64,000 bases of DNA from NCBI GenBank assembly GCA_964016885.1, contig OZ024758.1, forward strand, positions 10,354,001 to 10,418,000, in the 5' to 3' direction. Shown here piece after piece: positions 14,021 through 28,020 of this stretch. The DNA comes from Eledone cirrhosa. Lineage: Eukaryota. A model generated the notes under the pieces. That model saw nothing but the letters and a program-made list of their open reading frames with translations. It was not told the origin of the DNA and did not search any database. The translations under genes were made by a program, and so were the position numbers. Positions within the stretch are counted from its first letter, which is position 1. Every line of letters starts with the position of its first letter.

Positions 14021-14972
14021 CACTTGGCTTAAAAAATATATAAATGTCAACCCGATATCAACGTGAGGCCTCATAACATGGATTTAATGTTATAACTATT
14101 ACAAATATAATTACACATACATACACATATTATACACACATACATACACACGTTATACACAGATTATATACACACCACGTTCAACACAACACACTTTCTT
14201 GCAGCTGTTTATTGAGCACTTTAATGTTTTCATACGGCAAATCATAAACCACAGACATCCATCCACCTTAACACATAAAGACAAATGTATGTGTGCACTT
14301 GTGTGTGTGATTGCTAGTGTGTGTGTGTGTGTGTGTGAGTGAGTGTGTGTGTGTTTGTTGGTGTGTATAACAGAAGAAAGTATTAAGTAAATGTAGTCGC
14401 GCGTCTGTGTGTATGTGTGGGTGAGTGTATGCGCGCGTGGGTGTGTTTGTGTATGTAACAGAATAGATTCTTCAGTAAACATAGCAGAGTTTATATACTC
14501 CTTTATTTGAAACTATATCCAACTTTTATGATGGACCCTTTTACGACGTTTCACATTAACCACCTTTTCAAACCCTTTTATTATAAATAAAGTGGTTGTA
14601 TCTGTCGTGTAAAATGTTTGTCACGGTGTGGAAATGGGATGGTAACAGTGCGTGTGCTATATTTTTTCATATTTTAATCTTACTTCTTTTGTGTGTGAGT
14701 GAGAAAGAGAGAGAGAGAGAGGGGGGGGAGACAGAATTTTAAAACTTCCGTCTTCTCAGTTGGCAAAAGGTGAGTTGAACCAGCAATTGAAGGGGACAAC
14801 CTTGCCACACCCGGTGTCCTTCCGAATCTTCCTGAGAACTATGTTAAGGGTACACCTGTCTTTGCACATTAATTTGACAAACAGGCTGTTCTGTTTCCCG
14901 TCGTAATCCTGGTATATATGACAAAACAACCATTGATTCCAAGAATTAAATACGTTCAACGCTATTTCTGTA

Positions 14973-15157
14973 AATAATTGTTTCTACTCTTTGGCACAAG
15001 GCCAGCAATTATCCCAGTGTATTACTGGTACTTTATTTTATCGACCCCCCGTAAGGATGAAAGGCAAAGTTAACCTCGGCGGGATTTGAACTCAGACCAT
15101 AAAAGGCCGTAACTCTTTGCTGCAAAGCATGGCATCCGACCCTCTACCGATGCTGCC
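14973..15157 (-). mobile_element. Nin-type tRNA-SINE
   Basis: Near-identical to 8045-8231. Confidence 0.88.
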
Positions 15158-17068
15158 CCGTTAATAATGATGGCACGGATCCACTATTTATCTAAACACT
15201 GAACATCTATATTAAGCGGCTGATAAAAAAAAAGAAGGGCCACCACAAAATACAAATTAGTAATCCTGACATCAAATTCATACCGGAAGAGTTCTTTGAA
15301 TAATGGCTGGAATGTGGTTACATGCAATTTAAAAACTTTGAAATGCTATCAATGACACTGGACAAAAATGTCTATGTTTGCTTCTGTCCTGGTTGCTTCA
15401 CAGCATGATTATAAGATTAAGAAATTGTAAGAGAATCTAACAGAAATTTCTTTTGCAAACGAAGACAACGTAATTGAAACTCATGTCATCTTCTTAAATG
15501 AATAACTGTTCACATTCAAATGTTATAATGATATTCGTGTTTACATCAGCGTGAAGAATTGGTGGAATCGAGCCAAGGAGGGAACTTCTACTTGGTAGCT
15601 ACACTTGCTAGAAATAACAGCCAAATCCCCTTCAACCAAATCATAAAGTAAGCTTTCACGTCCAGTTTTATATAAAACCGTATCAACCAATAGAAGGGAT
15701 GAAACAATAAGAAAACAGTATAAAGAGAGTAGACTAAACCTTATATCTACGGTCAACAGAACCTTATATCTACGGTCAACAGAACAGATACCGAGAAGTA
15801 GATATATGATTGAATGTGGTGAACATATTTAATGAATTCAAAGGTGATAGATATCTAGAGTCAACACAATTTTACAAGAAATCATGAGCGAACAAATGTT
15901 ATTCTAAGACAGGGATCCCCAAACATTTTAGGTCACCGACCCCTTCATGGAATCACTGACCCTTCATCGATCAGGCATGTAAAAAAAAGTAAATAAATAG
16001 ATCAGTAACTAGAATTTATAATAAATAAAGTATAAGGGTTACAGCGTATAATGCAACCTTTATCCAGTTCTTGCTAATTTATGCGCTTCCTCTCGTTTCT
16101 TCAATGCACTCTCCCCAAGACAATGTAATCTCCAGCATGTTTAGATTCTGATATGATGATAAAATATGTTTGAATAAAAGACGACTAGAATGTCTTTTAT
16201 CACATCTCTGGGGCTATACGCCAGCACCAACAACAAACATAAAAATCAAGAGTAATTGCGTATTTCCAAATGTTTACTTTAAGATGTAAAATCATAGAGA
16301 ATAGGCAAAGAAATAAGAATACTTGGACTCATTCCAAATAAATACTTGAGAAGCATATTATATGGGAGATGATGCAGATTCAAAGGTAATATGATGTTTG
16401 AGATATATTTGTTCAACCCACTGTACCAACATCCATCATTATGAAAATATACAGATTATTGTTGGTGCCCAACCCCAGGTCAGCTCTGAAAGATTATATC
16501 TATTAAAGGTATTCCATCCTTGACCATCCTGCCTTTCTGCATACTTAATACTACATAGTTCTATTATCTTTCTTGTTTAAAAATTGTAGAGTGTGATTTA
16601 ATAGAGATTTTGGCTGTTATTTCTTGCAAATCGAGCCACTGCGTATACGCTCCTTCCATTTGCGCGAGGGAAACATTTATAAGAAAACAAAGAAATAAAA
16701 AAATATTTTTGTGGACAAAAAAAAGGAGTCAATTGTTAAATCAGACTATTGGGGTTTCCATTACTGATATCATCTACCGGTCACAACTGCTGGCAGAAGG
16801 AGGCAAGATTTGAACCCAAGCACACAGAGCCAGTTCAGATACAAGGCATCCTATCGTACTATTTAACAAGCTCACAAATCCACCGTCTCTGGGCCAGAAC
16901 ATTGCCGGAACTTTGGTTTTATTCCTTATCCTTAAATGATTTAGCAGAAAATGTCTGAACATAATTTTGTTAGTTCAAATGTTTACAATATTTGTAATAA
17001 AAATGCAGTATTAAATTAAAGATTTGTGGTTTAATGTGGTACCGTCATAGTTCTGTTTTGTATTTTTC

Positions 17069-17261
17069 AATAATTGTTTCTACTTTTGGCACAAGGCCAG
17101 CAATTACTCAGTGTATTACTGGTACTTTATTTTATCGACCCCCGTAAGGATGAAAGGCAAAGTTAACCTCAGCGGGATTTGAACTCAGAATGGAAAGGGC
17201 TGTAACTATTTGCGTCAAAGCATGGCGTCCAACCCTCTACCGATACTGCCAATCCACCGCC
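17069..17261 (-). mobile_element. Nin-type tRNA-SINE with TSD
   Basis: Full copy flanked by tgtattttt(t)caataat on both sides. Confidence 0.88.
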
Positions 17262-17649
17262 TGTATTTTTCAATAATGTCTTCTTAATACGGTTTCATGC
17301 AATACAGGATGTTAACCGTTAACACCTCAATGCCGCTGTTTAGGATGTAATCTAGAATGGTCGAACGAATAAAGAGAGAACACGAGAAGTGAAAATGATT
17401 CGTTAGAAAGGTAAAACAGTTCAGATTTATAGGAGAGATGACGTATGTTCCAGTGATTTTTATGTCCTTATCAAGATTGTGAAGCGATATTGATAGAACT
17501 GGAAATCAAAACCGAATTATATACTCGGATCACTTGGAGTAGATTTCTCAAATATATTATTAACCCCTTTGATACAAAACTGCCTGAAAATTTCCTCTAA
17601 TTTTATGATACAAAACTGTATATTTTATAATGTATCAAAGGTATATATT

Positions 17650-17876
17650 GAGTTAGAAACTCAAAATAGTCTCTTACAATAAAATAGCTCAAGGAAAGAA
17701 ATTTTTCCGAGCCGTATATTATAATTGAATATAAAAGAGAGATAATCACAGACATATACATAAATGCGTTCAAATCGTAAGGGACCAGATTCGCTAAGGT
17801 GAAAAAGATACTAACGATTTGAACGCATATATGTATATGTCTGTGTTTATCTCTCTTTTATATTCAATTATAATAT
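17650..17876. mobile_element. Fold-back element: ~60-bp inverted arms plus one-sided tail
   Basis: Arms 17716-17778 and 17814-17876 are reverse complements. Tail 17650-17715 is homologous to 58729-58793. Confidence 0.75.
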
Positions 17877-18197
17877 TTTATAATGTATATATTTATCTAA
17901 AACCTTTCCATAATAATTTTATTTAAGAACCTTTGTTAAATTATGTTCCAAATAAAAGCGTATTAGGAGAAAGTCATGTTACTAAATCCCTCCAAATTCT
18001 TGAATATTTTCAAAATAATTTGAAAATCGCAAGCATTGTTTTTAATTAGAAGAACAGTCATAAAAGAGCTACAGTGAAAGTAGAATGAAAGGAATTTGGT
18101 TCAGCAGCAACGATTCGAAATCATGTTACGAACTTCAATCACCAACTTAAGAATTCCTCTATAAAATTCAACATAGTTGGCAGAATTTTTTTATATA

Positions 18198-18277
<80 letters not shown>

Positions 18278-18279
18278 CA

Positions 18280-18846
18280 CAGGGGTTGGACAAAATAATG
18301 GAAACACCTAGCATCATAGCATCATAATTTTGAAATATCTATAAAACCGTCAAAAGCTTGTTTATTTTTATTGTTCTCGAGGTGGTCATTAAGCTCTGCA
18401 GTAATTTTGGGAGCTGTACTTGTGTGATCCTTTCTAACAATTCGCGTAAGAGTCCGACGGTTCCTATCTGAAAGTTTTGGTTTCCTTCCGGAGTTTTGTT
18501 TCGACAAGGAGGTTTTTCCCTCTTTCTCAAAGGCTGTCATTACTTTTGAAACAGTACTTCTTGATACACCAAACATTTCGGCTGTTTTCGTTACTCTAGC
18601 GTCTGCCATACAATCACCAACAATTTGACCTCTTTGAAAGTCCGATAGATCTGTCATTTTAATGAATTTTAATTACCTTTTTCTGATGATATCTGAAAAG
18701 AAACAGCAATTTTAACAAGAAATATTAAGCAACACTAATAATAAATAAAAAAACATAAAAATAAACAAGCTTTTGACGGTTTTATAGATATTTCAAAATT
18801 ATGATGCTATGTTGCTAGGTGTTTCCCTTATTTTGTCCAACCCCTG
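18280..18846 (-). mobile_element. Internally deleted Tc1-family DNA transposon
   Basis: TIRs of ~92 bp (CAGGGGTTGGACAAAATAA..., 18280-18371 and 18755-18846) within (TA)n. ORF 18657-18322 MTDLSDFQRGQIVG...AEMFGVSRSTVSKV...SGRKPKLSDRNRRTLTRIVRKD is the Tc1 N-terminal HTH with a GRPR-like linker; no DDE domain. Confidence 0.93.
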
Positions 18847-18898
18847 TATATATATAAATATGTGTGTGTGTTAAATAAAAAAAAAAAAAAAAAAAAAA

Positions 18899-18943
<45 letters not shown>

Positions 18944-19061
18944 TGTGTTAAAATATTTCGCCAACAGGTGGTTCTGAATCATATCATAATGATATATATT
19001 TAGAAGTTTTGAAATTAGATAGCGTACGGGTGTCAAGATGTAAAAACTGAAAGATTTAAAC

Positions 19062-19252
<191 letters not shown>

Positions 19253-19337
19253 TATATACATATATATATATACATATATATATACATATATATATATACA
19301 TATATATATACATATATATATATACATATATATATAC

Positions 19338-19384
<47 letters not shown>

Positions 19385-19447
19385 CATATATATATATACA
19401 TATATATATATATACATATATACATATATATATATATACATATATAC

Positions 19448-19528
<81 letters not shown>

Positions 19529-19710
19529 CATATATATATACATATATATATACATATATATATATATACATATACATAAACATATATGTATGTGTGCAAG
19601 CATAAGGGACATAGGTATAACTGTGTTTACACACACTAACGTATAACTGTGTTTACACACACACACATATATATATATATATGTTTGTGTATGTATGCGT
19701 GTGTGCGTGT

Positions 19711-19814
<104 letters not shown>

Positions 19815-20453
19815 GTGTGTACACGCACACACGCATACATACACAAACATATATATAGTAGAAAATGGTTCGCTTGTGTTTGTTAATAAAGTGACAATAA
19901 AAGTCTCTTACTCCATCATAAATCACCAGGAGTTAAGGGTGTATTACTCCCTAAAAAAAATATCTGGGTGTATTTGATAAGAAAGAGAATCAACGGGTGG
20001 TGGGATATTTCCTTTTTTTTTTTCTATTTTCCAACAGCACCACCAGTAGCATCTAGCCATAATAAACACCCACCCTCACCACCACCTCTATCATCACCAC
20101 CCCACCCCCGTCACCACCACCCCTATCACCACCACCACCACTATTATCAAAATGGTCATCAAAATCACCAGCACTAGCACCCTTCTTCCACGACCACTGC
20201 TGTTGAGTCACCACCACCACCACCACCGCCAATTCCCTCCTCCCCACCACCACCACCATCATCAGACCGCCCTGCCCACCCCTACAATCACTAATACTCC
20301 ATTCCTTATATCATCTTCCGCATTTTTTTCTATCTTATCCTCTTTTCCTACTTCACCATAACTCATATACCATCTCACTCCCGTTCACATTTCTATATCT
20401 TCCTTTCTCCTCTCTTTCCATCATCTTGTCTATGCTGTTAACCCCCCCCCCTC

Positions 20454-20526
<73 letters not shown>

Positions 20527-20736
20527 TTATTTGTATATATATATAAAAAAAAGTATGACCCCGACGGCAGAGCTCAAGCCGTTTCGACGGCTATTTCAGT
20601 CCTGAAATAGCCGTCGAAACGGCTTGAGCTCAGCCGTCGGGGTCCTACTCGTTCCTATTTCCCACTCTACTACCTTAAGTATTGAGTACTCTGGTGCGTT
20701 ATGGTCCATTTGGTTCCTTACCACAATTCCTTTGTG

Positions 20737-20815
<79 letters not shown>

Positions 20816-20886
20816 GTAGGAGGTGATATGTTGATTTAAAACTGCACTATCCACAAGTGTTTTTTAGCCTTCATATCATGTCCTCC

Positions 20887-20957
20887 TGTTTTATCTGATG
20901 AAAACACAAATATTATTGCATGATGATGTTTGTTTTTGAAATGCGCATAATAAAATA
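20887..20957 (+). ncRNA. Minimal type I hammerhead ribozyme (same family as 93-163)
   Basis: tgttttat-CTGATGA(20895-20901)-stem II-GAAA(20938-20941)-TGCGCA-TA-ataaaata. Island 20813-20990 lies between (TA)n tracts. Confidence 0.88.
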
Positions 20958-20985
20958 CATGGAACTCCTTTAACCATCTTTTGTT

Positions 20986-21023
<38 letters not shown>

Positions 21024-21068
21024 TGGTTACACAACAGTTAGTTCACCATACCGAGAACAATTGTTTCG

Positions 21069-21105
<37 letters not shown>

Positions 21106-21416
21106 CGTTCGCTATCTCTACATAAATACACCATGTTGCAGAAAGAATAACATAAACGAAACAAAATCCCAAAATAAAATAAAGAACGGAGGGGATGGTC
21201 ATGACTGGATTAAACAACAACAAATGCAGAAACAGCTGCAATAGTGTTCGCTATAAATCTATCATGTTAAATTCATCATCTCAGGTAATTTACATCTCAG
21301 GTAATTAGATGGCGGTAATTACATCGCCTGTAATTTTCTCGTCAACTAGTTTCATCACCTAGTAATTATATCATCATGTTAAATATATCATAGGTAAATT
21401 TGCTGTCATTACTTTT

Positions 21417-21985
21417 GCGGTGGATTGGCAGTATCGTTAGAGGGTCGGGCGCCATGCTTTCCAGCATAGTTACGTCCCTTTACGATCTGAGTTCAAATCC
21501 CGCCGAGGTTGACTTTGCCTTTCATCCTTACGGGGTCGATAAAATAAAGTACCAGTAATGCACTGGGTAATTGCTGGCCTTGTGCCTAAAGTAGAAACAA
21601 TTATTTTTGCGGTGGATTGGCAGTATCGGTAGAGGGTCGGACGCCATGCTTTCCAGCATAGTTACGTCCCTTTACGATCTGAGTTCAAATCCCGCCGAGG
21701 TTGACTTTGCCTTTCATCCTTACGGGGTCGATAAAATAAAGTACCAGTAATGCACTGGGTAATTGCTGGCCTTGTGCCTAAAGTAGAAACAATTATTTTT
21801 GTACACAAGGGCGGTGGATTGGCAGTATCGGTGGAGGATCGGCAAAGAGTTACGGCCCTTTATGATCTGAGTTCAAATCCCGCTGGGGTTAACTTTGCCT
21901 TTCATCCTTACGGGGTCGATAAAATAAAGTACCAGTAATACACTGGGATAATTGCTGTCCTTGTGCCAAAAGTAGAAACAATTAT
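21417..21985 (+). mobile_element. Three head-to-tail Nin-type SINEs
   Basis: Units 21417-21603, 21608-21795 and 21809-21985. The third is bounded by attattt(t/g)tgtacaca repeats. Confidence 0.9.
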
Positions 21986-22089
21986 TTGTGTACACATAAA
22001 TTGGAGTCGCAGAAGATGGAAAAAAAAGAAAGAAAGTTCGGAAGATTATATTGTATAAGTTCAAATAAAATACAAAACAACGAGTCAGG

Positions 22090-22805
22090 GGACTTTCTAC
22101 GGACTTAACAGCTTAATAGATGTTTCCAAAATTTCGTAATGGAGTCGAGAGTCTTGAAGATGGAACAAGTCACGTCCGACCTTCTGAGGTTGACATCGAC
22201 ACGGTGAAGGGCATTATTAGAGAGTGCTAGCAGACGATCTAAAGATTTCATCATTCATTACTTGTTCGACATTTACAATCCATCGGGAAAATAATAATTA
22301 GCTGGAGAAATCGATGCTGCAAGAACTAAAAACAATCATCCTTTGTAACCTGACAAAAACCTGATTGGATAAACTCTAAACGACCGGAATCACGTGTAAT
22401 GGCTGGACTTAAAATCATTCTCAAAATCATAGCTGCGTCAACAGAAAACTATGGTGATTGGGGTGGGGTTGTAGCAGGTGGAACAGTCCACTATGGCGAT
22501 TGGGGTGGGGTTGTAGCAGGTGGAACAGTCCAGTATGGCGATTGGGGTGGGGGTTGTAGCAGGTGGAACAGTCCACTATGGCGATTGGGGTGGGGTTGTA
22601 GCAGGTGGAACAGTCCACTATGGTGATTGGGATGGGGTTGTAGCAGGTGGAACCGTCCACTATGGCGATTGGGGTGGGGTTGTAGCAGGTGGAACAGTCC
22701 ACTATGGCGATTGGGGTGGGGTTGTAGCAGATGGAACCGTCCACTATTTCCTGAGTCTCGGCGAGACCATCAGAGCAGAGCAGAGCAGTTTTGCTAAAGA
22801 ATCAA
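22090..22805 (+). pseudogene. Decayed mariner transposase
   Basis: Colinear remnants across frames: FQKFRNG.ESLEDG...RPSEVD, RHLQSIGK, EKSMLQEL (WVPHEL position), CNLTK/..DK (TCDEKW position), QKTMV..GWGC, VHY.FLSLGETIRA. Many stops and frameshifts. Confidence 0.7.
22448..22747. repeat. 42-bp minisatellite, 7 copies
   Basis: Unit actatggcgattggggtggggttgtagcaggtggaacagtcc. Confidence 0.96.
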
Positions 22806-22807
22806 CA

Positions 22808-22839
<32 letters not shown>

Positions 22840-22978
22840 CTATATAGACATATATAAGAATGGAAACAGCACGGAAGTATATATCTGTGCTGTTTACATT
22901 TTATTTCTATAACCTTGATTTGTATAGAACTTCAGCGCCCTTTTCAACTACAATGCACGCACACATACACACACACAC

Positions 22979-23237
22979 ATTAAAACAATGAAATTAAACA
23001 AAAAACGGTTAATTCATGGTAAAACTCATTATTTTAAAATAATGAGTTTTACTATGAATTAACCGTTTTTTGTTTAATTTCATTGTTTTAATATTTCTAT
23101 TTTTGACTCTGTATCCAATGAATTATATCGTTGAAAATTTTGTATTTTAAACTTTGCTTCACGACATCTTCTACATACGGATTACATTGAGTTCTTCATA
23201 CGGTTTAGACCCTACCATTGATTGGTGGATTTATCTG
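22979..23237 (+). mobile_element. Fold-back element: ~114-bp near-perfect palindrome plus tail ending in (TA)n
   Basis: 22979-23092 is self-complementary around attttaaaat. The tail contains ttgagttctt. Confidence 0.7.
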
Positions 23238-23896
23238 TATATATATATATATACATATATATATATACATATGCATATACACACACACACATATATATAT
23301 ATTTATAAATATATATGTGTGTGCGTGTGTGTGTGTGTGTGTGTGTGCGTGTGTGAGTGTGTGTGCTTGTGTTTGTGTGTGTGTGTATGCCAGTCTGTCT
23401 GTGTATCTATCTCTCCCTCCCCCCCCTCTCTCTCTCTACATATACGTATTCATATATACTTAATCTTTTCATATAGTGTTAGTTATTTATTATTTATGAT
23501 ATGAATATTTTGTAAGAACATCGTTGCTGATAGTGAAGAGAGAACAGGCGACAGAAAAAGAGCTAAAGGTATACGTAACTTGATTAAGAGGTCAAATGTC
23601 GTCTTAATTCTTTGCTTTAGCGTCTTGGCTTGTCGACAGCAAGACTGAGTCCAATGCCTTTCCAATGACAACTACTACATGTTGATTGAATGGCAAGGAG
23701 AGGAGAAGAGGAAATGGCGGCTTGGATCCACGTATCAAGATAAATTACCCTTTTGTCTGGTTTTGTCTTTGTCAGTTAGAGAGGTACAATAAATAACAAA
23801 ATAAACATTTGATTACAATGACACGAGAGTATTAGCCTTCATTAATCTTTCACGGCCATCAACACCTTACCCCGGAAACTTATCAGTGAACAACGA

Positions 23897-23944
<48 letters not shown>

Positions 23945-23967
23945 TGATGATGATGATGATGATGGTA

Positions 23968-24166
23968 TAGGCACAAGGCCAGCAGTTGGAAGGGGGGGTA
24001 GGGAAAGTCGATTAAATCAACTCCAGTGCGTGACTGGTACTTTATTTTATCTATCCGGTAAAGATGAAAGGTAAAGTTAACCTGGGCAGGAGTTGAACTC
24101 AGAACGTAAAGGGCCGTAACTCTATGCCAGGAAGCAGGGTGTCTGACGTTCTACCGATTCTGTCAA
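23968..24166 (-). mobile_element. Nin-type tRNA-SINE (longer, more diverged variant)
   Basis: Same blocks as 12248-12480. Confidence 0.8.
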
Positions 24167-24176
24167 ATAATAATAA

Positions 24177-24842
24177 TGATTTCTTTATCAAACACAAAGC
24201 GTTTACATAAAGAAAACATTGAAGACTGCACAGGACGGTACCGGGCCGCACGAGAGAGTACAATGTAAAAAATGTGATAACAGAAATACAAAATAACTAA
24301 AAAAAATATCTCCATAGAGGGGAGATTTCCGAGGGTCACCCGCGGTGAAAGCCTACAAAAAAGCTACCGTCACCCTGACCGCTGGGGCCCTCCTCCAATC
24401 TACAGGTGTACATTCAGAGTAAGCCCATTCACTCGGGTCATGCTCGCTTCTCTTTTCTACCTTTTAATAATGATTTCTTTATTGGCCACAAGGGCTGACA
24501 TCGAGAAAAACATTACAGACGACACAGGGCGGTACAGGACGGTACGATGTAGGTTTTGTGCGTGTAAAGATTTTTATTATTTATATAAGAAAAGAAAAAG
24601 AAAAAGACATAGAAACATATATATATATAAACAATAAAAATGAAAATTGAAACAATTAAAAATTCCCCAATAGGGTTACTCGTGGCGAAAACCACACAAA
24701 AGACCACGGCCACCCTGACCACCAGGGCAAGCGCCCTCTCTCAAATTTTTCCATTTCTCAAACTACAGGCGTATATTCAGAGAGGTCCCGTTCACTCGGA
24801 CCATTCTCGCTACATTCACCCACCTTTCAACAAACTTGCTTT
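24177..24842 (-). mobile_element. Two tandem 5'-truncated Tx1/L1-clade LINE 3' ends in (ATT)n
   Basis: Both end ...taaagaaatc-(att)n on the minus strand. 24842-24763 encodes SKFVERWVNVARMVRVNGTSLNIRL*, homologous to the C-terminus at 54870-54951. Confidence 0.75.
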
Positions 24843-25582
24843 TAATAATAAATAAGAACAACAACAGCAGCAACACCACCAACAACAACAGCATCATCAA
24901 CAGTAGTGACTCTGTATGTTTGGTTGCTAATAAATAACACAGTAAGAATATTTGATCGTGCAGGTCAAATGAGTCAGGCCATTCCATGACCAGACAACAT
25001 TCAAATGTATATCTAGCACTGTATTAGATAATGTATCAGTCATTCCTTCCGCCTTTCCTTCTTTTTTTAAGTCAACAGGGGGTTATTTGAGGAAGATTTG
25101 GCTGCTACTTCTGGCAGTCGATTCACAATGGTTAGATTTATAGCATGTAACTAAGATGAACAGTGAAACGATATATAGACGGGTTCAAACGATAAGTGAG
25201 GGTATTTACACAAGACAGGATGCAGAAACCAACGACAACAACAACAACAACAACAACACATCCATACGAACAATAACAACAACAATGTAAGTTAACAATA
25301 AAAGAAAAAGCAGCAGGGGCGAGAAAGAAATATTATACGGGGAACTGGGGGCTTTCTTACTTTTGTTTTCTCACTTTTTTTAACGTATATTTTATTGTTT
25401 ACTAACACTGAAGCTATTGACAACAAATAACTTCCATATGTTGTTAGGAAATCACACACTGTATGCGTGTGTGTCTGTCCATATATGTGTGTGTAGGTGA
25501 CCGTAGACATATGTGTGTGAGTGAGTATGTGCGTGTATGTATGTGTGTGTATGTATGTGTGTGTATGTGTGTGTGTGTGGAG

Positions 25583-25850
25583 TGAAGGCACGTGGTTTAG
25601 AAGCTACGGTATTCAGTTCACGATAGTAAGCCCGTGAATTCGATTTCTGGCTCTGGCGCGGCGTGTTGTATCCTTGAGAAAGACACTTCACGATGAACTT
25701 TGTCACAAACTGTGTCACGTTGAATCTCACCGAGAATTACTTTAAGTCTACACGTTAATGAGGAATACTCAGCCGCTGAGGTTCATTTCATGTGCAAGCT
25801 GTTCCGTTGGTTAAACAAATGGAACACACGTCTTCGTAACCAACGGAGGC
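25583..25850 (+). mobile_element. tRNA-SINE, second family
   Basis: Head gaaggcacgtggtttag...gtgaattcgatttc and 3' cgtaaccaacggag. Homologues at 33105-33397, 44135-44260 and 58085-58370. Confidence 0.75.
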
Positions 25851-26299
25851 TTAACACACACAACACATACACACATTAAAGGGGTACTATATAACAGCGT
25901 GACATTCAAAATAAAGGCATATCTGGACCCATATATTTGCGCTGAATGTAAATAAACTTTTCACAAGAATGATTTGTTTACGAAACCTAAAGGACTTTAC
26001 TGTCTTTCATGCCTCGGCATCTGGGCATCAATAAACGGGGAATAACGGACAGTAACGACTGTCAAATACATGAACACATTGCTCTTCGATACCGAAGTAA
26101 TTGTGATATGATCACGGCTTAAGTCATCGGCGAGATTAAATGTATTTTTATTATACACAAACATATTGTATCCGAGTCAATATGCATGTATGTATGTATG
26201 TATGTATGTATGTATGTATGTATGTATGTATGTATGTATGTATGTATGTATGTATGTATGTATGTATGTATGTATGTATGTATGTATGTATGTATGCAT

Positions 26300-27245
26300 G
26301 TCAGGTCATCAGTTGGTGCTACTGGTAACATGTATCCCAGTACAACCTGTCTCATGGTCGGGTCGTTGGCGACCTAACTGGCAACCCCACCAAGGTTTCT
26401 TGGTGAGGAGGGTGACTTTGGACATCCTGCAGGACTAAAATCAAAACCTGGCAAAGGGCAAAGGAGCTCTTAAGAGTCAATGGCCATCCAAAATCACCGG
26501 GAGAGATGACCCCTTAGCCTTTGTCAAGGCAGAATTCTAGGAGAAGGAAAACTCTGATATAACACCTGCAACCCTGATGATATCCAATGATGTTGACTTG
26601 TTCTTCTTTTTGGTAAATATCATCTTGGTTAAGAGAGTGGGACTGGCTTTGTGTAGTGCCTTTGCTCACTATAAAAGCTTCACGGCACAGGCATTGCTTT
26701 ATATCTGCAGATCTCTCTGCACTTGTCATCACATGGTACCATGGGCCCAGCAGTACGTGTCAATAATTGTCACAGGTGTAGTGTTTGTACCAGAGTTTTC
26801 AAGTCGCTGGCTGGACTAAAAAGTCACTCGTTCAGCGCATCGGTAGGGGTTCTCCTACATGGATATAAAGTAGTGGCCGTACTCGAAAACGAGTTGGCAG
26901 CCACCATGTAAGTGTGCATGTATGTATGTATGTATGTATGTATGTAAGTGAAGGACCCCTAGCCTTTGTCAGGGCATTCTTCTAGGAGAAGACAACTCAG
27001 GAAACTGGGATGACTCCGACATAAAACCTGCGGCTCAGTAGTTACCGATGATGTTGATCTTTTCTTCTTTTCGGGTTATAGCTACTGTCGCTCAGAGAGT
27101 GGGATTGGCTCAGTGCACAGTCTTTCCTCACTTTAAAAAATATCTTCACACACAGGCATTGCACGATAGAATTAATTAATAATTATTAATAATGGTATAT
27201 CGTGCAATGGCCACACACGATAACGAGGGGGGCAGCCATCAACAT
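26300..27245 (+). mobile_element. Two non-autonomous RTE-derived (bipartite) elements with (TATG)n tails
   Basis: RTE-5'UTR-like ctaggagaaggaaaactctg motif in both copies. The first ends with the zinc-finger remnant HRCSVCTRVFKSLAGLKSH. Both end ggcagcca(c/t)c(a)..atgta-(tgta)n. Confidence 0.6.
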
Positions 27246-27739
27246 GTATGTATGTATGTATGTATGTATGTATGTATGTATGTATGTATGTATGTATGTA
27301 TGTATGAATGTATGCATGTATGTATGTATGTGTATGTGTAATGTGTGTAAGTTTGATGTGTGTTTATACATATATATATGCTTAATTGCATGTTATGTAA
27401 AAACTATCTACTATTTATTTAACTACTTTCATGAAAATATGAATCCGTCTTTTAGTGACAAAGTTCTTGTGTTGGAATTCAGACAATAATAAATTCTTTG
27501 AGTCAAACGCTGAACTTTTCAATTTTTAACATATTTTCAATGTTTAGCTGATGGACCGAATTTAAAGAATTTGGGTTAACTATCTTTGTTTATTCCTTGG
27601 AAATCCCAGCTCCTCAAGGTTATTGCTGAAGCTGAAAGTGTTTTTACATAACTAAACACAGCAATGACAACACACAACGATATATACACTCGCACATACA
27701 CGTTTATACGTTTATACATGTGTATGTGTGTATGTATAG

Positions 27740-27840
<101 letters not shown>

Positions 27841-27975
27841 AGGAAAAAAGATGAAATCGAAAATGCAACTGGAGTCTTTTTTTTTAAAATATATTTATTT
27901 AGTTCCTTTACCGGTTTCGCAGTTCTGGTGCTTTTCAAAAGTAGAATAGAGATGGAGGGTTTGTGGTTTTTTCAC

Positions 27976-28020
<45 letters not shown>

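Noticed and set aside
22399-22912. Gly-rich repeat protein (HYGDWGGVVAGGTV)n
   Set aside because: A minisatellite inside a mariner relic; a 1-bp indel breaks the frame.
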